Positions 32,076 to 43,703 of a stretch of DNA of 64,000 nucleotides are shown one piece after another (position 1 is the stretch's first letter; every line of letters begins with the position of its first letter). Origin of the DNA: an uncultured Nitrospira sp. (GTDB lineage Bacteria > Nitrospirota > Nitrospiria > Nitrospirales > Nitrospiraceae); NCBI GenBank assembly GCA_964465695.1, contig CAYXKP010000001.1, positions 4,714-68,713 on the forward strand, written 5' to 3'. Below the pieces are notes generated by a model. The model ran no database searches and was not told where the DNA came from. It was given only the letters and a program-made list of their open reading frames with translations. Position numbers and translations under genes: made by a program.

Positions 32076-33314
32076 ATGACCGACAACAGACATCGACTGG
32101 ATCCCAGCCTCTTCATTCTCACGATCAACGGCGGATCGTCCAGTATCAAATTCGCCCTGTTTCGAGATGCGGATTCTCCGACCGCGATTGCACGCGGCAT
32201 GGTCGATCGAATCGGCCTCGCGCACAGCGAAATGCTCGTTACCGATGTGGCCGCGCAACAGTCGATCCGTCGGGCCGTTCACGCGCCGGACCATCGGACC
32301 TGCGTGGGGTTTATCACCGAATGGTTGAGCCGGCAGATCGATAAGAAACGTCTCTGTGCCATCGGGCATCGTGTTGTCCATGGCGGAAAGACCTATAGAA
32401 AGCCCCAGCGAGTGACGACTGAGTTGTTGGCGGAGCTTCATCGACTATGCCCGTATAGCCCCGAGCATCTCCCGGCGGAAATCGCCTTAATCGAATCGTT
32501 CCGTCGGTATGATGAGGCTCTTCCGCAAGTCGCGTGTTTCGATACGGCATTTCACCGGGACATGCCGCGGGTCGCGCAACTACTGCCGATTCCAAGACGA
32601 TACGAAAAGCTGGGTATTCAACGCTATGGGTTTCACGGGTTGTCGTACGCGTTTCTCATGCGAGAATTGCGGAGAATCGGAGGACCGGGCGAGGACGAAG
32701 GCCGCGTCATCCTTGCGCATCTGGGAAACGGCGCCAGCATGGCGGCAGTCAAAAACGGACAGGCCGTCGATACGACTATGGGATTCACTCCCGCCTCCGG
32801 CTTGCCGATGAGCCGGCGATCCGGTGATCTGGATCCAGGGCTCGTTTCCTATCTGGTCCGAACCGAGGGCATGACCGTGGAGCGGTTCCACCGGATGGTC
32901 AATGTCGAATCGGGCTTGTTGGGTCTCTCCGAGACCAGTTCCGACATGCGGGATTTGCTCATGCAAGAGGAGAGTGATCCGCGTGCGGCTGAAGCGATCA
33001 CGTTGTTCTGTTATCAGGCTCGCAAATGGATCGGTGCGCTGGCTGCCGTATTGGGCGGGTTGGATACCTTGGTCTTCAGTGCGGGGATCGGGGAGAATGC
33101 CCCAACCATCCGTGCCCGTATCTGCGCCGGGTTGGAATTTCTCGGCGTCGTCCTCGACGAATCGGCCAATGCAGTCAATGAGCCGCTTATTTCACGTGGC
33201 GACAGTCGAGTCAGGATACGCGTCATTCGCACTGATGAAGAGCGCGAGATTGCCGAGTCCGTCGCTCAGTTGCTGAGACGACAAACAGGGATCACCGAGG
33301 AATCACCACCATGA
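32076..33314 (+). CDS. ackA: Acetate kinase
   Basis: [23 protein letters not shown], ..HLGNGAS.., SAGIGEN motifs. Confidence 0.9.
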   Translation: MTDNRHRLDPSLFILTINGGSSSIKFALFRDADSPTAIARGMVDRIGLAHSEMLVTDVAAQQSIRRAVHAPDHRTCVGFITEWLSRQIDKKRLCAIGHRVVHGGKTYRKPQRVTTELLAELHRLCPYSPEHLPAEIALIESFRRYDEALPQVACFDTAFHRDMPRVAQLLPIPRRYEKLGIQRYGFHGLSYAFLMRELRRIGGPGEDEGRVILAHLGNGASMAAVKNGQAVDTTMGFTPASGLPMSRRSGDLDPGLVSYLVRTEGMTVERFHRMVNVESGLLGLSETSSDMRDLLMQEESDPRAAEAITLFCYQARKWIGALAAVLGGLDTLVFSAGIGENAPTIRARICAGLEFLGVVLDESANAVNEPLISRGDSRVRIRVIRTDEEREIAESVAQLLRRQTGITEESPP

Positions 33315-35695
33315 AGAAGAGCACGACACCGTTGAATGCCGCCTTACTGAAGCAGATGGATGCCTATTGGAGGGCGGCCAATTATCTCTCAGTCGGTCAG
33401 ATCTACCTTTACGACAATCCGCTGCTGCGGCAACCTTTGAAGCTCGAGCACATCAAACCGCGCTTGCTGGGGCATTGGGGCACCACGCCGGGGCTGAATT
33501 TCATCTATGTCCACCTGAACCGAGTCATCACACGGGACGATCTCGACATGATTTTCATCTGCGGGCCGGGCCACGGCGGCCCCGCGGCTGTGGCGAACGT
33601 CTACCTCGAAGGCACATACAGCGAGGTGTATCCGGACATCAGCCGGGACGCGGAAGGCATGAAGCGTTTGTTCCGGCAGTTTTCCTTCCCCGGCGGGATC
33701 CCGAGCCATGTCGCCCCGGAAACGCCCGGTTCGATTCACGAAGGCGGCGAATTGGGATACGCCCTGTCCCATGCCTATGGGGCGGCCTTCGACAATCCCG
33801 ATCTGATCGTGGCCTGTGTGATCGGCGACGGAGAGGCGGAGACGGGGCCGCTGGCCGCATCCTGGCATTCGAACAAATTTCTCAATCCCGTCACCGACGG
33901 CGCCGTGCTGCCGATTCTACACTTGAACGGTTACAAAATTGCCAACCCGACCATTCTGGCGCGGATCAGTCCGGACGAACTGCGCAGCCTCCTCATCGGA
34001 TACGGTTACGAACCCTACTACGTCGAGGGCTCCGAGCCGGAGCCGATGCATCAGGCGATGGCGGGCGCGTTGGATGCCGCACTGACGCAGATCAAGGCGA
34101 TTCAGCGGGAGGCTCGACAAGCAGCGGCGGAAGGCAAGGGGCTCCCCGCTCGGCCTCGATGGCCGGTGATCGTCCTGCGCAGTCCGAAAGGATGGACCGG
34201 CCCCAAGGAAGTGGACGGCAAGAAGACCGAAGGCTCGTGGGGATCGCACCAGGTGCCGATGGCGGAGATGGCATCCAAGCCGGCTCATATCGGGCTCTTG
34301 GAATCTTGGATGAAGAGCTATCGACCCGACGAATTGTTCGATGCCGACGGCGCGTTGATCCCCGAGCTGGCCGCCCTCGCACCGACGGGCGGGCGGAGGA
34401 TGGGGGCCAACCCGCATGCCAACGGCGGCTTGCTGCTGCGCGACCTTCGTCTTCCCAATTTCCGTGACTATGCGGTGGACGTTTCGAAGCCGGGGACGGT
34501 GATGTCGGAGGGGACCAAGGTCTTAGGAGCGTTCCTCCGCGACACGATCACCCAAAGCTTGCGCCATAGGAACTTCAGAATTATGGCGCCGGATGAATTG
34601 ACGTCGAACCGACTCGGCGCCGTGCTGGATGCCGCGGATCGGGTGTGGATGGCGGAGCGGGAGCAGGACGATGACCATCTCTCCCCGGACGGGCGCTCGA
34701 TGGAGATTTTGAGCGAACATACCTGTCAGGGCTGGCTTGAAGGCTACTTGCTCACGGGCCGGCACGGATTGTTTACGACCTACGAAGCTTTCGTCCATAT
34801 CGTCGATTCCATGTTCAACCAGCACGCCAAGTGGCTCAAGACCACGCAGGAGATTCCATGGCGGCGGCCGATCGCATCGCTGAACTATCTGTTGACCTCC
34901 CACGTCTGGCGGCAGGACCACAACGGCTTCTCGCACCAGGATCCGGGCTTCATCGACCATGTGGTGAACAAGAAGGCGGACGTGATCCGGATTTACCTGC
35001 CGCCGGACGCCAATTGTCTGTTGTCGGTCATGGATCACTGCCTGCGCAGCCGCGATTACGTGAACGTGATCGTCGCCGGCAAGCAGCCGGCCCTCCAGTA
35101 TCTCGACATGGACGCGGCGGTGAAACATTGCACGGCGGGCATCGGGATTTGGGAATGGGCGAGTAATGACAAAGGCGGGGAGCCGGATGTGGTGATGGGC
35201 TGCGCCGGCGACGTGCCCACGTTGGAGACGCTGGCGGCCGTGCAGCTGTTGCGGGAATACGTGCCGTCGTTGAAGATCCGTGTCGTCAACGTGGTCGATC
35301 TGATGAAATTGCAGGACAAAAACGAGCATCCGCACGGGCTGCCGGACAAGCATTTCGATACGTTTTTCACCACCGACAAGCCGATCATCTTCGCCTATCA
35401 CGGCTATCCGTGGTTGATCCACCGGCTGACGTACCGGAGGACCAATCATAAGAACCTGCACGTGCGCGGGTATAAAGAAGAGGGGACGACCACCACGCCG
35501 TTCGACATGGTGTTCCTCAACGACATGGATCGGTATCACCTGGCCGCCGACGTGATCGAACGCGTCGGATTGGGTTCGGCCGCGGCCTATGCCAAGCAGG
35601 CCATTCGGGACAAGCGGATCGAGCACAAAGAGTACATCAGACGGTACGGCGAGGACATGCCTGAGATCAGCCGATGGAAATGGTCGGCGAGCTAA
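33311..35695 (+). CDS. xfp: Xylulose-5-phosphate/fructose-6-phosphate phosphoketolase
   Basis: 794 aa. [41 protein letters not shown] signature blocks. ATGA overlap with ackA. Confidence 0.93.
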   Translation: MKKSTTPLNAALLKQMDAYWRAANYLSVGQIYLYDNPLLRQPLKLEHIKPRLLGHWGTTPGLNFIYVHLNRVITRDDLDMIFICGPGHGGPAAVANVYLEGTYSEVYPDISRDAEGMKRLFRQFSFPGGIPSHVAPETPGSIHEGGELGYALSHAYGAAFDNPDLIVACVIGDGEAETGPLAASWHSNKFLNPVTDGAVLPILHLNGYKIANPTILARISPDELRSLLIGYGYEPYYVEGSEPEPMHQAMAGALDAALTQIKAIQREARQAAAEGKGLPARPRWPVIVLRSPKGWTGPKEVDGKKTEGSWGSHQVPMAEMASKPAHIGLLESWMKSYRPDELFDADGALIPELAALAPTGGRRMGANPHANGGLLLRDLRLPNFRDYAVDVSKPGTVMSEGTKVLGAFLRDTITQSLRHRNFRIMAPDELTSNRLGAVLDAADRVWMAEREQDDDHLSPDGRSMEILSEHTCQGWLEGYLLTGRHGLFTTYEAFVHIVDSMFNQHAKWLKTTQEIPWRRPIASLNYLLTSHVWRQDHNGFSHQDPGFIDHVVNKKADVIRIYLPPDANCLLSVMDHCLRSRDYVNVIVAGKQPALQYLDMDAAVKHCTAGIGIWEWASNDKGGEPDVVMGCAGDVPTLETLAAVQLLREYVPSLKIRVVNVVDLMKLQDKNEHPHGLPDKHFDTFFTTDKPIIFAYHGYPWLIHRLTYRRTNHKNLHVRGYKEEGTTTTPFDMVFLNDMDRYHLAADVIERVGLGSAAAYAKQAIRDKRIEHKEYIRRYGEDMPEISRWKWSAS

Positions 35696-35901
35696 GACCA
35701 CTGTCGAGAACTCTGACTTCGACAGTTTACCGGCTAGTCCTCTTTCTTCGCATGCCCGTGTAGACGCCAACTCAGCATAGAGATTTCATGCAATGTGGAA
35801 CAAGGGCCCGCGACAAAACCATGTGAATTTCCCATCGAAAATATGTTATTGGAAGCGCGTTCAAGCTGCGCCGCACAAGAACTTCGGATGGGAGGAAATA
35901 C

Positions 35902-36879
35902 ATGGGTCGGAGAGTGCCTCAGGAACGATGGATTGTCGGAGGAATGGCGATTATCTGCATGCTCGCAGGTCAGGTGTACGCGGCCGATTCGAGCGACAAG
36001 AAGCCGGATGATGCGACGATAAAAGAAGTGTTGGATTGTCGGTACCAACAGATTGCTCAATCACCCGATAAGGAAACAGTCAGTGAAATGTTCCCATCGG
36101 ACGATCTTTTCCGTCCCCTCCTGGCCGACCCGAAGCAGCCGCAGTTCTTTGCCCTCTGGCAATCAACCCAGTCGCGACTTGAACGGACCAATGCGAACAT
36201 CGGATCCATTGGCATCGGTGAGAATTTTGGGTTTTATACCAGGCGCAACGGATGCAACGGATGGCAGATCAGCCTGCTGACGGGAATTTTCGCGCAATTC
36301 GACTTGGATGCATCGAATGCAGCGCTCATCAATGTCGACTTCAATGTGGGGGTGCCGCTGACCTGGCGTCACGGAAACTGGTCTGCGCGCCTGCGTTTTT
36401 ATCATCAGAGCAGTCACATCGGGGATGAGTTTTTGGGGGCCAATCCGGGTTTTCAATCGATCGGCCTGCAATTTGAAGAAGTCGACATGATTGCGTCTTA
36501 TGATGTCCGGAGATGGCTGCGATTGTATGGAGGGGGAGCGGTGCTGGTCAATCGCCAACCCTCCACGATCGACCGCTTGACAGGACAATGGGGATTCGAA
36601 ACACGGACGCCGACCCCACTGGGAAGATCTTACCTGTTTGGTCTGCTCTCCAATCCGATTCTCTTCACGCCCGTCCTGACGGCGGACTTTAAGTCGGTCG
36701 AGGAGCAAAACTGGTATATCAATACGAACCTCTTGATGGGCTTCGATATGTCGCGGGCCGGTTTCTTGAAGCGTCTACGGATTCTCTTCAACTACTATCA
36801 TGGATATAATCCCTATGGACAATTCTTCTATTCGCAGAAGACTGAATCGTTCGGAGCCGGCGCGTATTTCACGTTCTAA
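35902..36879 (+). CDS. DUF1207-family outer-membrane/periplasmic protein
   Basis: Signal peptide, LFRPLLADPKQPQFF motif and a beta-rich remainder ending in F. Confidence 0.6.
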   Translation: MGRRVPQERWIVGGMAIICMLAGQVYAADSSDKKPDDATIKEVLDCRYQQIAQSPDKETVSEMFPSDDLFRPLLADPKQPQFFALWQSTQSRLERTNANIGSIGIGENFGFYTRRNGCNGWQISLLTGIFAQFDLDASNAALINVDFNVGVPLTWRHGNWSARLRFYHQSSHIGDEFLGANPGFQSIGLQFEEVDMIASYDVRRWLRLYGGGAVLVNRQPSTIDRLTGQWGFETRTPTPLGRSYLFGLLSNPILFTPVLTADFKSVEEQNWYINTNLLMGFDMSRAGFLKRLRILFNYYHGYNPYGQFFYSQKTESFGAGAYFTF

Positions 36880-36965
36880 CGTGGTGCGGGGACGCCGGCC
36901 TTGGCCGATGCAACACTGCCGGCGCCGGGACGAGTGCCTCTTTAGCGCCGTGGAAGTCAACGCCG

Positions 36966-38774
36966 ATGAATAACAAGGTCTCATTCTCCATCTGGTACAT
37001 CCTCCTCGCGATCATGGCGGTAGTGATGGTGCATGATCTCATTATCGCCCTCAATAAGGTTGAAGAACTCCCCTACAGTGAGTTCAAGAAGCTGGTTGCG
37101 GACGGCAAGGTGGCGGAAGTCGCGGTGACCAGCCAAGTGTTGACCGGGAAATTGAAGCCTGAAGGCGAATCGAAAGAGCAAAAAGCCTTTGCGACAGTGC
37201 GGGTCGAGGATCCGGACCTGGTCCGGGAGCTCAACCAACGTGGAGTGACGTTTGCCGGCGTCATTGAGTCCACCTTTTGGCGGGATCTTCTGTCGTGGAT
37301 CATCCCGGTCGCCCTGTTTGTCGGCATCTGGTTTTTCATCTTTCGTCGATTGGGCCAAGCCCAGGGCGGTTTCATGCAGGTCGGCCAGTCCAAGGCGAAG
37401 ATCTACATGGAGAAAGACGTCAAGGTGACGTTCGCGGATGTGGCCGGAGTAGATGAAGCCAAAGACGAGCTGCGGGAAGTCATCGAGTTCCTGAAGACAC
37501 CGGAAAAATTCACCAAATTGGGCGGAAAGATTCCGAAGGGTATCCTGCTTGTCGGTCCCCCGGGGACCGGTAAGACGCTGCTGGCGCGTGCCGTGGCCGG
37601 CGAAGCCGGAGTGCCGTTTTTCAGCATCAGCGGGTCGGAATTCGTGGAGATGTTTGTGGGGGTCGGCGCGGCGCGGGTTCGTGACCTGTTCGAACAAGCG
37701 AAGGGCAAGGCTCCCTGCATCATTTTCATCGATGAGCTGGACGCTCTCGGGAAGGCCCGAGGTATGGGACCCATGGCGCACGAGGAACGAGAGCAGACTC
37801 TCAACCAGCTGCTGGTCGAGATGGATGGGTTCGATCCTCGAGTCGGGGTCATTCTCATGGCGGCGACCAATCGCCCTGAAATTCTCGATCCCGCGCTGCT
37901 TCGCGCGGGGCGATTCGATCGGCACGTGACGGTGGATCGTCCGGATAAAAAGGGCCGTCTTGACGTGCTTCGGGTCCATGCCAAGAAGGTGGCGTTGAGC
38001 CCGGAGGCCGACCTCGAGCAGATTGCCGCGATGACTCCGGGATTCTCCGGTGCGGATTTGGCCAATGTCATCAACGAAGCGGCGTTGCTGGCGGTACGCC
38101 GAGGCAAAGATCAAGTCGGCCTCTCGGAACTGCAGGAGGCGGTGGAGCGGGTCATTGCCGGGTTGGAAAAGAAAAATCGCGTCCTGAACAAAATGGAAAA
38201 AGAGCGGGTTGCGTTTCACGAAACCGGCCACGCCCTCGTCGCTCTGTCCATACCGGGCTCGGATCAGGTGCAGAAGATCTCCATCATCCCTCGCGGCGTG
38301 GCGGCGCTCGGCTACACGTTGCAGCTACCGACGGAAGACCGGTTTCTGATGACGAAATCGGAATTGGAGAATAAAGTGGCGGTGTTGCTCGGCGGGAGGA
38401 TCGCCGAAGAAACGATTTTTGGGGAGGCTTCCACGGGGGCTCAAAACGATCTCGTCAAGGCGACGGACATCGCCAAAAGCATGGTGAAGGCGTACGGAAT
38501 GAGCGAAAAACTGGGCACCATCACCTTGGAACGCGAGCGACAGCCCCAGTTTCTTCAGCTTCCGGTGGCGTCTGAAAAAGGCGATTATTCGGAAGAGACC
38601 GCGCGTGAAATCGATTGCGAAGTGCGGCGGATCGTCGACGAGCAGTACGGACGAGTGAGGCGATTGCTGGAAGACAGGAAAACCGCGCTGCAACAGGGAG
38701 CACGGCTCTTGTTGGAGCGGGAAGTGATTACCGGCGCCGAGCTCAAGGCCATTCTGGAGGGGCCCCGATCCTAG
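36966..38774 (+). CDS. ftsH: ATP-dependent zinc metalloprotease FtsH
   Basis: Two TM helices, AAA+ Walker [12 protein letters not shown], zinc motif HETGHAL. Confidence 0.95.
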   Translation: MNNKVSFSIWYILLAIMAVVMVHDLIIALNKVEELPYSEFKKLVADGKVAEVAVTSQVLTGKLKPEGESKEQKAFATVRVEDPDLVRELNQRGVTFAGVIESTFWRDLLSWIIPVALFVGIWFFIFRRLGQAQGGFMQVGQSKAKIYMEKDVKVTFADVAGVDEAKDELREVIEFLKTPEKFTKLGGKIPKGILLVGPPGTGKTLLARAVAGEAGVPFFSISGSEFVEMFVGVGAARVRDLFEQAKGKAPCIIFIDELDALGKARGMGPMAHEEREQTLNQLLVEMDGFDPRVGVILMAATNRPEILDPALLRAGRFDRHVTVDRPDKKGRLDVLRVHAKKVALSPEADLEQIAAMTPGFSGADLANVINEAALLAVRRGKDQVGLSELQEAVERVIAGLEKKNRVLNKMEKERVAFHETGHALVALSIPGSDQVQKISIIPRGVAALGYTLQLPTEDRFLMTKSELENKVAVLLGGRIAEETIFGEASTGAQNDLVKATDIAKSMVKAYGMSEKLGTITLERERQPQFLQLPVASEKGDYSEETAREIDCEVRRIVDEQYGRVRRLLEDRKTALQQGARLLLEREVITGAELKAILEGPRS

Positions 38775-38852
38775 CATGCCGTCCGTCGGAGATCATCATG
38801 ATGGAAGAACGTTCGTCGCGTGAAGAATTAACGCGACGACGGAGTACACCCG

Positions 38853-39962
38853 ATGGAACAGGCAACCATCTCTGTCAAAGATAATGTGATTCACTGCCGG
38901 GGGGCATGGACCCTCCCACATCTTTCCCAGCTGGAACGGAGAGGGCGAGCGCTTCGATGGCCTGATGCTCCTACCGTCCTCTACGACGCGGGCGAAGTGA
39001 CCGCCATGGACACAGGCGGCGCGCTCGTCCTGCAGCGTTGCATCGACGGCGTTCGCCGTAAGGGGCAGCAGGCTGCTCTCCAGGGCTTGAAACCTGAATT
39101 TGCCGAACTGCTCCAAAAAGTCGAAGCTCAGTGGTCTCGGCCCGAGCGGAGAGTCCCGGCGAGCGGGACGGGGTGGACGGACGATTTCATGCGTGCGGTG
39201 CAGTCCCGGCAAATGTCAGCGATTCGCGCTCTCGCATTCGTCGGGGAAAGCACCATCGCCCTGGGCCGAGCGCTGATACGGCCGCGTTCCATTCGGTGGC
39301 GGGCGATGTTGCGCATCGTGGAATTGGACGGCGTGCGGGCCCTGCCGATCACCGGCCTGTTGACGTTTTTGGTCGGCGTCGTGATCGCCTATCAGGGCGC
39401 GGAACAGCTCCGCAAATTTGGCACGAATATTTTTATCGTGGACCTCGTCGGTATCTCGCTGTTGCGCGAAATCGCCCCGTTGATCGTGGCCATCCTCATC
39501 GCCGGTCGTTCGGGATCCGCCTATGCCGCTGAGATCGGCACCATGAAGGTGACCGAAGAATTGGACGCGGTGCGGACATTGGGCATCTCGCCCATGAATC
39601 TGCTCGTCTTGCCTCGGGCGCTGGCTCTCGTCATCGCTCTTCCGCTGTTGACGGTGTACGCGGACGTGGTAGGCGTGTTCGGCGGCATGCTGATCGCCTT
39701 GGGAGAACTGAACGTGAGTTTCGTCGAGTTTGTCACTCGATTCGAAGAAGCCGTACCCGTGCGGCATTTTCTCATCGGCTTAGGAAAGGCGCCGTTCTTC
39801 GCGGCGATCATCGCGTTGGTGGGCTGTTATCAAGGATTCCAGATCCGAGGCGGTGTGGATGACGTGGGGCGACACACCACGATCAGCGTCGTGCAGGGGA
39901 TTTTTTTGGTCATCGTGTTCGACGCGATCTGCAGCATTCTCCTCAATTGGTGGGATCTTTAA
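38853..39962 (+). CDS. mlaE: MlaE-family ABC permease with N-terminal STAS-like domain
   Basis: The C-terminal ~260 aa match the MlaE/YrbE pattern (REIAPLIVAILIAGRSGSAYAAEIGTMKVTEE.DA). The extra ~110-aa N-terminus resembles an anti-sigma antagonist (STAS) fold. Confidence 0.85.
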   Translation: MEQATISVKDNVIHCRGAWTLPHLSQLERRGRALRWPDAPTVLYDAGEVTAMDTGGALVLQRCIDGVRRKGQQAALQGLKPEFAELLQKVEAQWSRPERRVPASGTGWTDDFMRAVQSRQMSAIRALAFVGESTIALGRALIRPRSIRWRAMLRIVELDGVRALPITGLLTFLVGVVIAYQGAEQLRKFGTNIFIVDLVGISLLREIAPLIVAILIAGRSGSAYAAEIGTMKVTEELDAVRTLGISPMNLLVLPRALALVIALPLLTVYADVVGVFGGMLIALGELNVSFVEFVTRFEEAVPVRHFLIGLGKAPFFAAIIALVGCYQGFQIRGGVDDVGRHTTISVVQGIFLVIVFDAICSILLNWWDL

Positions 39963-40061
39963 CAAGATGAATTGGCAACCTGAGGCTCAAGGTCAAGGTC
40001 GAGATAGTCTCCGGAGATCCCTTGACCTTCACTTTAGCCTCACCTTGCACGAGAGTGTACC

Positions 40062-40871
40062 ATGATATCGGTGACAGAAACCGCGACGCCGATCATTGAA
40101 GTGAGTCACGTCGCGACGAAGTTTGGGCAGGCGGTCGTGCACGAGGACGTCAGCTTGACTATTCGGCGGGGCGAAATCTTCGCTATTGCGGGCGGCAACG
40201 GGTGCGGCAAGACCACGTTGTTACGGGAGATCATCGGCCTCATCACACCTTCGGCGGGAACGATCCGGCTATTCGGAATGGACAGCCGACGATTGGAAAC
40301 AAATGACGGACTTCCCATCCACCGCCGGTTCGGTGTGATGTTCCAGCATGGCGCATTATTCAGCTCCTTTACGCTCGCGGAGAACGTCGCCGTGCCGCTG
40401 CGCGAACATACGAAGCTGAGTGCGGGATTGATTCACGACATCGTCGCCGCCAAAATTGCCATGGTAGGATTGCCGCCGGACAGTGCCGCAAAATATCCCA
40501 ATGAGCTCAGCGGAGGGATGCGGAGAAGGGCCGCGCTCGCCCGGGCGATCGTCATGGACCCGGAGTTGTTGTTTCTCGACGAGCCGACCGCCGGGCTCGA
40601 TCCGATCATCGCTGCAGGATTCGATGATCTCGTCCTGGCGCTGAAGAGTCTGTTGGGACTGACGGTGGTGATGGTGACACATGACTTGGATTCGCTGTGG
40701 CGGATCGCAAACCGTGTGGCGGTGCTCGGTGGCGGAAAAGTGTTGGGCATCGGCACTATGCAGGAGTTGGCTCGATCGGACGATCCTGTCATCCGCGAAT
40801 ACTTTCAAGGCCCACGGGGAAGGGCGGCGAGCGAGCAGGCGGCATGGAACCACGAAAGACGTGAAACGTGA
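40062..40871 (+). CDS. mlaF: MlaF-like ABC ATPase
   Basis: Walker A GGNGCGKTT, signature LSGGMRRR, Walker B LLFLDEP. Confidence 0.85.
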   Translation: MISVTETATPIIEVSHVATKFGQAVVHEDVSLTIRRGEIFAIAGGNGCGKTTLLREIIGLITPSAGTIRLFGMDSRRLETNDGLPIHRRFGVMFQHGALFSSFTLAENVAVPLREHTKLSAGLIHDIVAAKIAMVGLPPDSAAKYPNELSGGMRRRAALARAIVMDPELLFLDEPTAGLDPIIAAGFDDLVLALKSLLGLTVVMVTHDLDSLWRIANRVAVLGGGKVLGIGTMQELARSDDPVIREYFQGPRGRAASEQAAWNHERRET

Positions 40872-41001
40872 CGCGTCGTCCTTGCAGACGGATCGTGGCT
40901 TATGGCTGGATAGCCGAACGAGGGATAGGAACTATTGTCCGACTTCGCCTTGCTCTAAGCCATACGCCATAAACGACTGGCTCTTCTGAACGAGATTACA
41001 C

Positions 41002-41964
41002 ATGGAACCAAAAGTCAATTATATTCTGGTCGGCTCGTTCATGGTGTTTCTTGGAGCGGCGGTCTTAATGGGAATTTTATGGTTGGGGAAGACCGACTAT
41101 CGGGGCTCGTATGACCGATATGAGGCCTACATGAAGGAATCGGTCGCGGGATTGAGCGTCGACTCCACTGTCAAATATCGTGGTGTCGACGTGGGACGGG
41201 TCAAGACCATTGCCTTGAATCCGAATAACCCGGAGGAAGTTCTCCTTACCATGGATATTGTGCGTGGGACACCGGTTAAAACGGACACGATTGCCGTACT
41301 CGAAACACAGGGGCTCACTGGCCTGGCAACCGTCAATTTGACGGGAGGGAGCAGGGATGCCCCTGCGTTGCAGGCCGGGGAGGGGCAAGCGTATCCGGTG
41401 ATCAAGACGGGTCCTTCCCTCTTCTACCGGTTGGATGAAGCAGTCACCCGTTTGCTTTCAGAGGAAGGGCTGGCGCAATTGTTGGCCGATCTTGATACAG
41501 CGGCAAAAGGTGCGGCCAAGGTCCTGGATGACGACAATCGCACCATGTTGAAACGAACGATCAAGGACCTCTCGGATGTGGCCCAGACCATTGCGGCCCA
41601 CAAGGCTCAGATTGAACTCACCTTGAACGGTGCGGCCAGAAGCGCCGACAATCTTGTCAAGCTCACGTCGTCGTTGAATGCTGAAGTTCCTATCCTTATC
41701 GCCGGAATCAACAAGAGCGTTGCAGCCTTGGGCGCGGCGACGGAGGAACTGGCTCGCACCAGCAAGACCGTCGGAGCGGTCGTCAATGAAGCCAGACCCG
41801 AATTACAACAGTTCACGGGAAGAACTCTCCCCGAAGCCGGCTTGTTGGTGACGGAGCTGCGGCAGCTTACGGGGACGTTGACTCGCGTGGCGCGGGAGTT
41901 GGAGCGGGAGCCGAGCTCGCTGGTGTTTGGACGAAAGGCTCCGCCACGCGGACCGGGGGAATAA
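41002..41964 (+). CDS. mlaD: MlaD/MCE-domain protein
   Basis: N-terminal TM anchor, MCE core (GLSVDSTVKYRGVDVGRV), helical C-terminal extension. Confidence 0.8.
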   Translation: MEPKVNYILVGSFMVFLGAAVLMGILWLGKTDYRGSYDRYEAYMKESVAGLSVDSTVKYRGVDVGRVKTIALNPNNPEEVLLTMDIVRGTPVKTDTIAVLETQGLTGLATVNLTGGSRDAPALQAGEGQAYPVIKTGPSLFYRLDEAVTRLLSEEGLAQLLADLDTAAKGAAKVLDDDNRTMLKRTIKDLSDVAQTIAAHKAQIELTLNGAARSADNLVKLTSSLNAEVPILIAGINKSVAALGAATEELARTSKTVGAVVNEARPELQQFTGRTLPEAGLLVTELRQLTGTLTRVARELEREPSSLVFGRKAPPRGPGE

Positions 41965-42092
41965 TCTAGAAAAGTGTGAGTCGTGAAGCGTATATCGCAT
42001 CAGAGAAATCCCATGAAGCCGCCGTTACGATCTGACTTTGCGAGATACGAGCGATGCTTCCCCCGATACAACTAGGGTTGGAAGGAAAGTAG

Positions 42093-42725
42093 ATGAAGTA
42101 TCGCTTGGTATACATGGCATTTGCGGTGTTCGTCATGACGACGGCCGGTTGCCTGTCACCCCGCACGGATTCTTCTGAAATCCATACATACCAGTTGAGC
42201 CTCGATGGATGGTCCGGCGAGGCGCGACCCGGCAAGCGTGAGGGGCCGGTGCTGTTGGTGAGTCAGCCTCAAGCCGAACCAGGATTTGAGACGCATCGCA
42301 TGGTGTATGTCAAACGGCCGTACGAACTCGAGTATTATGCGGTGAATCAATGGGCCGATACGCCGGTGCGCATGTTCGCTCAGCTGATGGTCCAGGCGCT
42401 GAATCAGCATGATGGGTGGCGTGCCGTGATTCCACTGCCGAGCTCGATCCCCGGAGACTATCGTCTTGATACGCACGGGTTTCTGTTGCAGCAGGAGTTT
42501 CTGCAACAACCCAGTCGCGTGAGGGTGGTGGTCCGGACGCAGTTGATCGACCTGAGGGAGTCCACGATCATCAGCGCACGGGCTTTTGAGGCGGTGGAGA
42601 ACGCCACCAGCGAAAATCCCTATGGGGGCGTTGAGGCCGCGAACCGAGCGGTTGCCGAGTTGCTCGGTCAAATCGGTTCTTGGCTCCGGCAATGCGTACA
42701 GCATACGCCCGAGTGCAGTCGTTAA
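42093..42725 (+). CDS. ABC-type transport auxiliary lipoprotein (DUF330-like) of the MCE system
   Basis: Lipobox TTAGC, appropriate size, and a position directly after the MCE gene. Confidence 0.65.
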   Translation: MKYRLVYMAFAVFVMTTAGCLSPRTDSSEIHTYQLSLDGWSGEARPGKREGPVLLVSQPQAEPGFETHRMVYVKRPYELEYYAVNQWADTPVRMFAQLMVQALNQHDGWRAVIPLPSSIPGDYRLDTHGFLLQQEFLQQPSRVRVVVRTQLIDLRESTIISARAFEAVENATSENPYGGVEAANRAVAELLGQIGSWLRQCVQHTPECSR

Positions 42726-42823
42726 TGGACCGGTGAAAGCAAGTAGTGAACGGCAGCGATCTGTCTATCCTGTGTGCGTTCTCCTCCATCTGTTGGCTCG
42801 TCGTGTCTCTACCGAGCCTCGCT

Positions 42824-42845
42824 GCCGCTGACCGGAATCAGCGGC
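42824..42845. terminator. Hairpin gccgctga-ccggaa-tcagcggc between convergent genes
   Basis: 8-bp perfect stem, 6-nt loop, no U-tract. Confidence 0.25.
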
Positions 42846-42874
42846 GCGAGGAAACGACTCTATCAGAAAAACGG

Positions 42875-43699
42875 TTATTGCTGCTCGATGCTGCACTGCT
42901 TAACCGAATCTAAGCTTTGGGCGGCTACCGCCGCTTCCCATCCCGGTTCACAAGCGAGAAGGCGAACCCGCAGCGTATTATGAAACTGTGGACCCAGTCG
43001 TGCCCGAGCTTCCGTATCGATTCCGTCCGCCCCAAGGAGGACCTCGCAGTCCGACAATCCCCGGAGGCCGATGCCTTGAGCCTTGAGCAGCGCCTCCTTC
43101 GCAACCCAATGGCGGAAGAATCTCGTGGCGCGCTGCTCTTCCGTAGCCTGCATGATTGCCGTATGTTCGGCGCGGGTAAAATAACGCTCGGATAGGTTTG
43201 CAGCCTCGATATCCGCGCGAACGCATTCAAGATCGACTCCGACCTCCTGCGTTTTTGAGACTGCAATGAGCGCACGGTCTTGGGCATGGGACAAATTGAA
43301 TGTGATCGCCGACCGATCTCGTAGCTCCCTCGTCAGGAACGGCTTACCTGTTTCACTGCGATCCAGCATTATCACATCCGGGTCCACTCCGAGGTACGCA
43401 CTCAGCACCGCCCTGAGGCCTCCGTGAGCCAGAATATAGCGCTGTCTGGTATTCTCCCGAACAAGGCGAGCCGCTCGTTGGCGCTCGAACTCATCCAACC
43501 AGCCCATGCATCGCTCCAAGCAACGTTGCGAGCCGTCGAGTTTCATGCCCCAGAGGTGAACAGCGTAAGGTTCAAGGCTGATATGGTTCTGCCGATTTGT
43601 ATCGGTGAGGCGCTCTATTGATTGGAACGAGATCAACACGTCGTTACCATAAGTCCAGACGGCGTCTGGTCGTCCGGCAAAGGACGGTGATGTACACAT
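42875..43699 (-). CDS. Sfp-type 4'-phosphopantetheinyl transferase
   Basis: GKPFL, FNLSH, GVDLE and WVAKEALLKA motifs. The first ATG downstream of the NRPS stop is at 43699, 5 nt away; the start is uncertain. Confidence 0.85.
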   Translation of the reverse strand: MCTSPSFAGRPDAVWTYGNDVLISFQSIERLTDTNRQNHISLEPYAVHLWGMKLDGSQRCLERCMGWLDEFERQRAARLVRENTRQRYILAHGGLRAVLSAYLGVDPDVIMLDRSETGKPFLTRELRDRSAITFNLSHAQDRALIAVSKTQEVGVDLECVRADIEAANLSERYFTRAEHTAIMQATEEQRATRFFRHWVAKEALLKAQGIGLRGLSDCEVLLGADGIDTEARARLGPQFHNTLRVRLLACEPGWEAAVAAQSLDSVKQCSIEQQ

Positions 43700-43703
43700 G
43701 CAG

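Noticed and set aside
34523-35770. 415-aa minus-strand ORF antisense to the phosphoketolase gene
   Set aside because: A shadow ORF. The phosphoketolase frame is unambiguous.
36981-38231. 416-aa minus-strand ORF antisense to ftsH
   Set aside because: A shadow ORF. The FtsH frame is unambiguous.
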